Below, piece by piece: positions 13,610 through 24,486 of a stretch of 64,000 nt of DNA (positions are counted from its first letter, which is position 1; every line of letters starts with the position of its first letter). The notes below the pieces were generated by a model. That model did no database searches. It saw only the letters and a list, made by a program, of their open reading frames with translations, and was not told the origin of the DNA. A program made the position numbers and the translations under genes. The DNA comes from Lingula anatina (taxonomy: Eukaryota > Animalia > Brachiopoda): contig CM120644.1 of assembly GCA_051362555.1 (NCBI GenBank), positions 22,776,534-22,840,533 on the forward strand, given 5' to 3'.

Positions 13610-15565
13610 CAAACAAAACTTATTTGGTATTGAACTTATTTCTCCCTAGCAGCAATTGAAACCCAATGTACTTCTATTCCTAAGGTTAATAACAACCATC
13701 TTGGAGTTTGTTAAAATGAACACTTGTTATCCAGCAGATATGCACACAGAAGAAATAAGGATAAGTAAAAACTGGAAAACAACCTTAAGTTATGGTACCT
13801 TCAGTTGAGAATGGATCCAATACGTCTCTCTGGCAGTAACTGAATACCCTTGTGTTAGTATTTCTCTGAGAAATGACAGCCATTTTGGATTTTTCTCAAA
13901 AATCAAAGGATACATAATTGTTATTAACAGAATATGTATCATCGGGTTAATAACGCTGTTACAACGACTGAGAAACAAACTGAATTTAATTTAAATGTTA
14001 TAATGGACCATATGATTCTCTAAAAGTAATTGAACTCTGAGAGCTACCAGTAGTATTCCTATGTCAATTGGCGGTCATTTTGAGTTTTTTCAAAATGCAC
14101 AAGGATACATACTAGAAATATATAATAAAAGTTATAAGGATTTGACAAACACTGAAAAAAACTTTCTTTGGTAGTAATTGAAACACGCGAATAAGTATTC
14201 CTATGGCAAACGACAGCTATTAAATTTTTTTCTCAAAATACACAAGGATACACACTTGCTATCTACCAAATATTTATCACACCTTCGTTTGCAGGCATTG
14301 TGAAAAATGTTTCAGTAAAATAAACGTGTATTTTGTACAGTACATCGCATACTCCTTTGGCACACTATATATATATATATATATATATACAACATTGGTC
14401 AAAAAGGTTGTCCCACCCCAATTCCCATGTGCTTTTATTTACAAATGATCACCTCACAGCTGTAAATTGTTAGAAATAGTGCCTTTTATTCCAGATACCG
14501 TGTCGAACACGATTAGGGGTTCAAAAATATAAAATAGTGGTGAAAATATACAAATTTAATACCATTAAATAAATTTTTTAACAGTTTCCTCCTCAAATCC
14601 AATGTTTCACCGCGGTTTCGACAGATGTAAAGAAATGTCTATTAAATTGAAAAGAGGCCATAAAATGTCACCATATTTACACACAATTAGCATTAGGGTG
14701 TGCTCGTTATAGATCACGTGCCTAATAGCGAGTCCGGCTGCCACGTACTGCAAGTATCTCCTGTAGATGGCTCGACAAGCCTTCAGCACGTGCCTTTGAT
14801 AATGGACAATAAACGTCCCTGGTAGTATCTGAAATCCATGTATTCTCATGGTAAATGGCGGCCATCTTGGATTTTTTCAAGAAACCTTCTAAAACATGCT
14901 TGTTATCCAACAGATATATATTAAAGAGGTATTAAGGGAGAGGCAAACACCGAGAAATAAACTTAATTTGACAATAGACACTATAACTACCTGAGAGTAG
15001 TAAGAACCCATGTCCAATGGTAAATTGCGGCCATCTTGGATTTTCTCTAAATACCTAAGGTAACACACTCAAATCCACTTGTTCCCCACCAGATATACAT
15101 CAAAAGGATAATTAGCGGTTGGAAAACACTTTAAAAGAAACTTTATTTGATAATAAACATTATCCTTCAGGTATTTTTATAGTTTAAACCCATAAATTTC
15201 TATAAAAAACGGCAGCCATCTTGGATTTTCTCAAAGTGCTGAGGGAAACACAACTTTAATGTTTCATAAATGTGATAAAGGGGTATTGAAGATTTAGAAA
15301 ACACTGATTAACAATCTAAATCGGATTATGGGTACTTTATCTCCCTGCTTGTAGTTCATACCCCTGCTGTCCATATATTTCTATGGCATTGGCGGCCATC
15401 TTGTTTTTTTCATATTTCCCATGCTAGGATTCCTTAGGACTTTTAGTATGTCATTTGGGGACTTTAAAGGAAAGCATTGTGGTAAAATAAAAAAAAAAAA
15501 AAAAAAAAAACTGTTGCAATTACTTTGAGGTTTGGCCCTAAAATGGCATATTATTGCCTGGACTA
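13610..15565. mobile_element. Two Academ-like terminal fragments with periodic GGCGGCCATCTTGGA subterminal repeats
   Basis: The motif recurs at ~13696, 14070, 14858, 15028, 15215, 15392. Candidate ends are ...ggcacacta (14367) and ...cctggacta (15565). The same motif occurs in the arms of 43166-47107. Confidence 0.5.
14390..14820 (-). mobile_element. Tc1/mariner 3' fragment
   Basis: The C-terminus LQEILAVRGSRTRY* resembles the Tc1 motif RLxAVIxxxGxxTKY. A TIR-like caacattggtcaaaaagg abuts (TA)n. Confidence 0.6.
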
Positions 15566-15699
15566 AAATGGATGCAATGACCTGAAGTTTCACATCTCTG
15601 CTGGTGTGATGTTTAACTTCCTCTTTCTTCCTCACAATCGTGACATTTTTAAACACATAATTTTAAGTACTCTCCTGAAGCACTTCTGCAGACAGGTTT

Positions 15700-16250
15700 T
15701 GAATGTGGTCTAGGTTATTTGCTCATGTCAATTGGATGATTATTTTATACAACTACACAAACATATGTCATTGAATGAGGTTTATATCGTTTGATTATAG
15801 GAGGGTTTGGCTTGTGAAAATACCAAATAGAGGTTGGTAACCTGTCCGAATTTTGAATTTCGCACCATACACATAAATGTTGTAATGATCTGTTGCCCAC
15901 ACAACAGCTGACATTTCTAGCTCTGCGAATAACTCTGCATCTGTTAAAGCTCTACTTGTAAAGGTGACCACTTTTCCTTCTTGTGTAAACATAGTTTCAG
16001 GTTCAAATGGGCTTGCAGCTACAACATAAGGGCTTAACATTTAATATGAAATATTTTTTTCCAAATCCTTTAAACATTATTTTCCTTTTTTGCTGACTGA
16101 AAAAAATGAAAATAAGCATTAGAATCGTGTTTTGATAACTTTTAATAATATCTTTAAGGTCACTGTGACATCACTTTATTAATTGAATTCTCCAGTGAAG
16201 CAAACAAAAACACATTGCCTAGTTTAATTCATATGGCAACAATTGTTTGG
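15700..16250 (-). mobile_element. Degenerate Ty3/Gypsy pol (RNase H) fragment
   Basis: ORF 15795-16040 reads ASP..QEGKVVTFTSRALTDAE..ELEMSAVVWATDHYNIYVYG..F.IRTGYQPL. Outer boundaries are approximate. Confidence 0.8.
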
Positions 16251-16299
16251 ATCTCCATATTTTCCATATCATCGGTGAATGTGTTACACGCCCCTCAAA

Positions 16300-16990
16300 G
16301 GAGGCTCATGTCAGTGTCTAGTGTATAGTCACAGAAACGGTTGCTCTTACGCCTGACCTCACCTGGGTCCTGAAGCGACAAGGCATTCCTTGGGATAAGT
16401 TTTTAGAGTTTAATCATGAATAACATTCCAGGCAAAGTGTTCCAGTTTTGTTGCAGGGCAGCCACGCCGTTGATTCGGTGGGTAATGACCTACCAAAATA
16501 GTGTCAATGTGGTTCAAATATGCCGATATCGCCCCCTATCAATTGATAGTCAAATAGTTTCCAAATTATTCCTTTGCTTGATGTGATTCGGGTTTTCATC
16601 GATGACCACAATTTGTGGTGTATCAAATCCAGACACATGGTAACTTTACACACGACACACGCTTTGTCGTAGGCCTCTTCTGAATGTCTGTAAACTATGG
16701 TTTGACTAGTCGAGGGGTACAGGAAATATGACCTCAATAAAGAAAGACACGCGGTTTCAGTGTTCTACCCGAACCAGAAACGGTCATGGTCCCAAATTCA
16801 TAAGGTTAGAGAAGCAGACGGCGGAGAAGCTAAAATCAGTTTGGAGTCCGCTAACGTCCTTGAAAATCACATTTTGATGGCAATTTACCCCTCATTCTGA
16901 ACGGATTTTTTTTTACGCGGTAGATTAGTAAGTGTGCCGCCATTTTAATTGACAGCTATGGACAGGTCCCTAGCCTAGTGATGCAGAGTA
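16300..16990. repeat. Second, inverted copy of the 700-1600 repeat
   Basis: ttacgcctgacctc, ataacattccaggca, atgtggttcaaatatg, atgtctgtaaact, accagaaacgg and attctgaacgga occur in the same order. Confidence 0.75.
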
Positions 16991-19382
16991 GGGTGCCAAG
17001 GATATGTACCTAGGAAGCGCTAACAATGGCGATTGCGTTTAACCGCAATTAAGAGGTGTGAAGTGGCATTGGAACGTTTCTGTAGGAATTTTAATCCTCG
17101 ACAATCCAGCAATTTTACCTGGGAGCTTCCATCTCTGTTATCAGCAAAGTGTTCTTCGTAATTGTATAAGAAAGATATAATGCAAGTAACACGATTTGCT
17201 GGCATTTCAAAGCACCCAAATTTCTAAATGACAATGAGCAATGGTTTCATCTGATTGTAAAACCGATAACAGGTCAATTGGTCAGCTAAGCATTTGACTA
17301 ATAATCTCTGTTAACCAACCTGTGAACGGTTTTTGGATGTATTGACAGCTTTCTAGATTGACGAGACAAGTGAATCGCTTTCAAGTATATCTGAGCAACC
17401 GATTGAAAATTGCTATAAATGTTGTTGGAAATGTTGACTACAATCTGATGTCAGAGGTTTTTAGAATAAATTGTTTGTTTGAAAGTTATCGTCTTTTGAA
17501 GTGAATGACCCATTGATATAATTTAACGTAAAAGACGATAAAATCAAAAGTAAATAGTTTAATACAATTCCCTGGCACCCGACTGAAGTGCTTTCACCCA
17601 GCTTTATTAGGCTGTTTGAATCACTTGAATAGCTATCTTGGTCACAGAGAAAATCCCAAATCCGAAAACGGCGCTAGAGCGTCATCCGTTGGACCCTGCA
17701 CTTAATCTCTGTCTTTAATTGGCCTTTTCTTTCTATGCCTTTAGTCGTTTTACTACCAGCGGCCTTAAGAGAGTTCTTTCGCAATTTTTGACGGTCTCTA
17801 CACCAGTCCTGGAAATAGCGTTTTTTCTGGGTCAAATAATTACTTGGAACTTTATATCGTTATAACTTTATATAAGTTATAATTTTTTACTGGTGAAAAC
17901 TTAGCTATGCTATTTGGCACGTATAATCTAATCTGCCCTTAATCTATTGCGTAAGTTTGCATTTAACTGTACCTGGGAATTTTAAAAATCTGTGCATACA
18001 CCTTTAAAAGGTCTGGGTCCTGCATCTCGAAAGCCTCGCAAATCGCGACCGTGCGCTAATAGCGAAAAAACCATTAGTTTCGAGGCTATTATTTGCGGCG
18101 ATACAAACAAGTCGCAAGGGCCTCTGCGTATGCATAATTCCTCATTTTAATGTGTCTTTCATGTAATTAAACAAGGCGGGAAGTTTGGGTTGCTAGTCAT
18201 AATAGCATATAACAAAAACTTGGAAGCTTATAATAGATTGAATCACTGGGTACCTCTAGCGGTAAATATTAACGTGAATAATGCTTAAGTCATGTTTTAT
18301 TATGCATAAAAAAATTAAAATTAAACATTTCATACATCATTTCATATTTTCTGATGAATATGACTCATCTGTGTAGTCTATTGATAATAATCGTACATTT
18401 AAAAGTGTCGTTTTCTACCCAAAATGAAAAAGCAGAAACAAAGCATTCGGTCGCTCCGTGACCTTCCTTAATGTCTATTATTGTGAGACTGAACACTGCT
18501 CACCAATGTGTCAGTAAGTGTGTCAGTCCAAGCTTCGCTTATTGAATTGTTTTTGGCATTTTATTGGTCTAAAACACTTCAAATATCAGTATTTGTAATT
18601 ATGATATTCCTATAAATAAAAACAACATTTTGATTAGCGTCATGGTGAAAAAGAAAAATATTTTGTGTAAATGCGGCAATCGAATTTTAGTAGAGTTTGA
18701 GATTATTGTTGCGTTGCGTTTTCTAAGGCTTCGAGATAGCAGGTGGGTGCAATTGCACTCGCAAATAGCGCAGAATCGCAATGCTCGGCAGAGGTCTGGC
18801 AAATGTGGTGTTAAAAGGGATCGAGGTAGAAAGAAAAAGTCAGCCATTCCTAAAACCTAGCATTTCTGCTATATGCAAAAGACACGTCTTTGTCATTGTA
18901 AGGCACGGGCGAACTATGAAACTATGAAATGTAAGTTATAAAAAACATGTTCATGCATTTGAATTTAGCATAGAAGGTTACAAGTGGCTGGCAACCATTT
19001 CAGTTCAGTTGCATCGTTTGACTTGCCAGGTCATTTCGACACCGGGGACCCACACCTTCCTTATTGTAAATAAGATACATGTACACATGTTTTGAATTAG
19101 GGAAAATATTTAATTATAGAATATATAGAAATGTTTCATAAACGCGTATCCGATGCCAAGTTATGATATTAATTTTAGCATTTTCACTTTTTAGATGGGC
19201 TCTCGAAGGAGGTTTTTTTATTACATTTAATGAATTGAAGGCCATAACAATCTTGCTTAAATAAAATGTCTTCAATGTAAAGATGATCCGGTAGTAAAGG
19301 TTATGTAATACCAGAAGCATGACTGTGAAGACTGGTGTATTGTTGTAAAACTTGCTAAACGTGTGGAACATTGGAATTGCTT

Positions 19383-21482
19383 CCCTGCTAGCCTCGGTCA
19401 TCTGGCCCACATGTGGGTGGATCTGGCAATATCTGGGCCAGATTTTGCCAGACATTTGCCAGATCTGGGCCAAGTCTGGCAAAGTCTGGCATTTATGCCA
19501 CATTTTGCCAGACACTTGCCAGATCTGGGTCAGATCCGGGCAAATCAACATTGAATCAATGTTGAATCAACGTTGATGGTCAACGTTGAAACTATGTTGA
19601 TATGACGTTGACTATGAAAGTTGACTCAACGTTGAACCATCAAGGTTGAATAAACCTTGAGGTATCAATGTTGAATCAACGTTGACGTTCAACGTTGAAA
19701 CTATGTTGATATGACATTGACTATGAAAGTTGACTCAACGTTGAACCATCAATGTTGAATCAACCTTGAAGTATCAATGTTGAATCAACGTTGACAGTCA
19801 ACATTGAAACTATGTTGATATGACGTTGACTATGAAAGTTGAATCAATGTTGAACCATCAAGGTTGAATCAACCTTGAGGTATCAATGTTGAATCAACAT
19901 TGATACCTCAATGTTGAATCAATGTTGAAATTAAGTTGAATTTGAAAATTGAATTAACGTTGATATATCAATTAGGCTATCAGGATATTTGATTGAAATT
20001 TGCCTGATGGCTGAAAGTGTTCTCCAAGATATCAAGCATTTCTTGAAATAAAAAGACTCAGATCTGAAAAGGGGGGGAAATTAGGAAAGTTACCTACAAA
20101 AAAAGGTAATTTCGAAAGAAAAGGGGGGGGGTCCAGACCCCGGGACCGGCCCCTGTATCCACCTATGGGTCGTCAGATTCTTTTTAAACTTTCCAGTTTG
20201 ATGCTCAGTGTTACGGACCAAAACAGCCCGAACATAAAAATAAACACAAACAACAACTAATTTAACTATGAATATAATATATAACAAACAATGAACATAC
20301 ACTACATACACTAACTACATGTAATACTATCATGTTGCATAAACTTTAACATTTGTCAAATACAGTTAAATTCTAACAGATTCGTAGACAGTTAAGTTTT
20401 GAAGACGCAATGTCACAGTTTTACGAGTCCTTTTCTGTTGAACGTTCCTCCTGATAGTTTGGGGTTTTGAAGACGCAATGTCACCGTTTTCCATGTCCTT
20501 ATCTGTTGAACGATCCTCCTGATAGTGTGGGGTTTTGAAGACGCAATGTCACCGTTTCCATGTCCTTATATGTTGAACGATCCTCCTGATAGTGTGGCCT
20601 AACAAAGTACTGTTAATAAAGTACAGTTTTTGTACTGTAAAAGTGTTACCACTGGCCAGACTCACGTGTTGCATCAGTTCATGTTATCCGGAGTCTCGCA
20701 CTTAATAACAGTCCCGCACTTCATTTACATTATACAGGTATGCAGGCACATACGGTAATTACTCATAGAAATTAAACAACAAATTAGCTTTACTAAAATA
20801 ATTATAACGTCACATCAGGTAGTTAAGATAATGTTAAGAATACAAAAACAAAGGGTCACCAGTCTAATATTTTCTCACAGCTAACTTAAATTTCCAGAAA
20901 AACAGGCATTTTTGGCTTTTTCAAGCTTTTTCTTCAACCTTGAGTAAAATTTTGTCAATTTGCCATAAAGTAAGGCTGGTGACCCTATGTTTTTTCTTTT
21001 TCTTAAAGATTACCTGAACATCAAATCTGGAAAGTTTAAAAAAACTGACAACCGTTTTTTTCACAAAATTAATTTAATGAAAAAGGGGCAAAAACAAGCG
21101 TTTTGTGGGGGTAATTACCCCTATGCATACCTCTCTAGTGAGATAATCATTTAAAACTATTAGGCCTATCAAGGTTATGATTAAGGTTATAAAGTTAAGG
21201 TTGACCCAATGTTGAGATCCAGTTGATATGTCAACATTTACAAAGGGTTTACAAACACAGGTTGATTCAATGTTGAAATCCTGTTGATCTATCAACATTG
21301 AAAATTGATTGACAAAGAAAGGTTAAATCAATGTTGAGACCCTGTCGATCTATCAACATTGACAATTGGTTGACAAGAAAAGGTTGATTCAGTGTTGAGA
21401 TCTTGTTGATCTATCAATATTGATGGATCAACATCATCTCAACCTATCCTCAATGTTGAATCAACGTTGAGTGCCCGCTGGG
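19383..21482. mobile_element. Chimeric EnSpm/CACTA-like non-autonomous element with subterminal arrays
   Basis: The left end ccctgctagcc carries ctgg(g)ccagat repeats. It is followed by tcaacgttga-rich ~123-bp units (19545-19970), which recur before the right end gtgcccgctggg. Both flanks are tt. Confidence 0.6.
20397..20597. repeat. Minisatellite, ~67 bp x3
   Basis: Unit ttttgaagacgcaatgtcac...cctcctgatagt. Confidence 0.9.
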
Positions 21483-22782
21483 TTAGAGTTATGGATATGA
21501 AAAAAGCACAAGCGTATCAAACTGATACAATTCGTTGAGTGATTTGATTCGTGATGCGATTTAATTCGAAGGCATCAACACTGGCGACGAGGATTAACAC
21601 TAGTGCAAAACTGTGAGCCAACTTTCTTTGAGAAAATGGAGGAAAAATGTGAAATTACGAAATTCGAACCGTACAGAAGTCCGGAGACATTAGGGTCACG
21701 CTCGACGCGATGGCTAGACAGTTTTAAACTGTTCGCTGACGGAAAAGGATAGATCGTTTCAGAACCAACGGACGGAATGAATAATGGACAAAGATAGAAA
21801 ATTAAAAAATACATGTCAGAGGAGACGCGCGCTTATGTTGCATTCAGCAGGGACAGGTGTACAAGATATTTTCGGGACTCTCCCAAACACAGGTGAGAAA
21901 CATGAATATACATAGACAGTGAGTATGATGAAACCGAAGTAATTTGGCAAACCAAGCCAGTCTTAACACCACGAGTTTAGACATGAAAAACGAAGTAGAA
22001 ACTCCCCGACTGAGAAAACATGGAACTTTGGATCACTTTGCAAAAGTCTGCAAAACTGAAAGTATTATTCATGTAAATGACAGCTTTGAATTTGATAATC
22101 CAGGAGTGCATATACATTTGGTGTGGGAACCAATGCAATATGCACAGAAGACATGGTGGAAATAGAGGAGGAGTTAATCTCAGTGTATTACCAGATTCAG
22201 GTGCATATTGTAATATCATTGATGAAAATACATGGAGAATGATGAAATCCAAGAAAAATAAATGTGGCTCTTGTGGGGGACCACAAAACAAACAGTATTA
22301 TTCATACACGTCTGAGAAACCTTTAAAAGTGAAAGGAACATTTGACTGTGACATAAAGGCAGGCAAAGGAAGAGACCATGTGGAATTTGTAGTAGTGAAT
22401 TTGAAAGGACATGGGGTTTGATTAGTTTTGAGAATTGTCAGTGTGGTTAAAAGAATTATAGTTGGAGTTCATATGTTATTCTGCAAATGTTTGAAAATAC
22501 ATTTTAAAGACTGAACTGTCAATTAACATATATGTGAAAGGACCGTTTCTCTCCAAGAAAGGAAGGGATGTTGTGTTTTGACTTGACATTTGAATGAACT
22601 GTTGTTAACTTGGTAGAGTTACTTGTTCCATTGTTAATTCCTTTAATTATTATTATCTTGTCAAGGAGTCTGATGTATCATTTCTCAGTGTTTTGGATAT
22701 AAAAAAAGCCCAAGCGTTGCAAACTGGTTCAATTCATTGAGTGATTTGATTCGTGATGTGATTTAATTCAAAAGCATCAATA
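21483..22782 (+). mobile_element. Internally deleted Ty3/Gypsy LTR retrotransposon
   Basis: LTR-like direct repeats ~21483-21580 and ~22671-22782. PBS tggcgacgaggat at 21582. Gag remnant (RWLDSFKLF..RRALMLHSAG..VQDIF) and aspartic protease LPDSGA (22077-22421). RT and integrase are absent. Confidence 0.85.
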
Positions 22783-22784
22783 AT

Positions 22785-23452
22785 CACCCTGAGCTTCAGA
22801 GCTAACTTGACACTAACCTTTTCACTGTAGCCTATCTCCATCGTGTCAAGTAACCTCTGACCAGATTCGATTGCCTCCGCCGCCCGCCAATCAAATTTAA
22901 AAGCCCGCACTCAATGACTCATTAAACGATCTAGCCAATGAACGCGAACGAGTCAAAGCGCGCTTTGTTCAAATCCGGACCAATCAAAGATAAGGCTGAA
23001 TATCAGGGACTTGCCGTAACCTGTGGGCAGCACGCAAATAACATCGTCTCTCAGTAGATAATGCTGCAGGGCCTCAAACTGCTAGACCCTATGGTTTCAA
23101 TTCCGATTTACTCATATTTTGCAAAGAATCAAGAGATAACTTAACACATTCTTTTTCGTAGTCACTCGCCTTGCTTTCTTTGTGTACGGTAATACACTCG
23201 GAACTACTCGGATGTCTCCGCACTCGACAATAACTTTGTTGTTAGTATAGAGCTTGCGGAATCAGCCGAGGATTGCCGATTGACGGTCAACCAATCAGCG
23301 TTTTCACCAAACTTTGGTGAAAAATTTTGAAACATGGATTTGATTGGCTTATATAAACTAGGTCAAACTATTTTCGTCAGAGTTTACTTGACACGATGGA
23401 GATAGGCTACAGTGAAAAGGTTAGTGTCAAGTTAGCTCTGAAGCTCAGGGTG
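22785..23452. mobile_element. MITE with ~69-bp perfect TIRs and 7-bp TSD (P-element or hATw-like)
   Basis: caccctgagcttcagagctaac... / ...gttagctctgaagctcagggtg, flanked by caataat on both sides. Confidence 0.85.
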
Positions 23453-24179
23453 CAATAATATACTGGGGTTTGTTTTTGTGCACATGTAATTCTCTTTTAA
23501 TTGTTCATCTATATCTGTGCTGGGGTATACATAATTCTTTTTTCAGAGTTTACATGTATGTACTGTAGCCAGCATGCAAGTTGAATTGAAACAGTTACTG
23601 CATGGTTATTTATAATTTTGTTATAACTCTCCGTCATCTAAAAAACAATGTTTTTTCATTCATTATTCAAGATTTATTCATTACAGAACTATATTCATTA
23701 ATGATAATTATTATTAATGATATGTTTGAATTAGTTTAAAAATGACAATGTATAATATTATTTAGGTTAAGGTGTGCAAAAATATTCCCCCCCTCAAACC
23801 CCTCCCCCCCCCCATGTACATGCATAATTAATTACAATTTTTGTGTTAATTCAGATTCGATGAGCAGCTTTGTGTTGAAAAAAAGTCTGTTGTTATTACT
23901 TTTTTCTTTACATGTATGTAAGTGACATTTCCTCCTGTTCAGTGTCTGTATATTTGCCTTTTTGCAGGGTAGTTTTTTTTTCAAACATACATTGTTTTGT
24001 ACAAAAAGACAAGGAGTGGCCCTTAATTTGTTGCATGTAAGTTGCCAGCAAGGTTATAGAATGTGTAATAATTTTGTTTAGGTTTGTAGCACAGAATAAA
24101 TACTTGAATCTTGTACGTCTTTTTTTATAGTGATCTTATTGAATAATTTAAAATTTATTATTAAAGAAAAAAAAAAAAA

Positions 24180-24467
24180 CAATCTGGACCATATGTGGTC
24201 CACATCCGGCCCTAATCTGGCCCATTTGATTTCGATCTGGCCCACATCTGGTCCACATCCGGCATGCCATACCTTTGCCATATATTGCCAGATCTGGGCC
24301 TACATCTGGCCACAAGAGCAAATGTGGAGTGGGCCAGATGTGGCAATGTCTGGGCCAGATCTCGCCCACATGTGGCAAGCCATACGTGGGCCATACTTTT
24401 TGCCAGACGTTGCCAGAGCCTGCCAGATCTGGGCCAGACGTGGGCCAGATCACTGAGGCTGTCTGGG
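24180..24467. mobile_element. Right end of an EnSpm/CACTA-like element with ctgggccagat subterminal repeats
   Basis: The reverse complement cccagacagcctcagtgatctggccc matches the left end at 19383. This explains the many overlapping spurious ORFs here. Confidence 0.7.
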
Positions 24468-24486
24468 TCATAATCGCATATGGTAG

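Noticed and set aside
18005-18800. Possible MITE (cctgcatctcgaaagcct vs aggcttcgagatagcagg)
   Set aside because: Termini and TSD could not be defined.
19545-19970. Palindromic repeat array resembling CRISPR
   Set aside because: Units repeat in full with no unique spacers, there are no cas genes, and the context is a eukaryotic transposon subterminal array.
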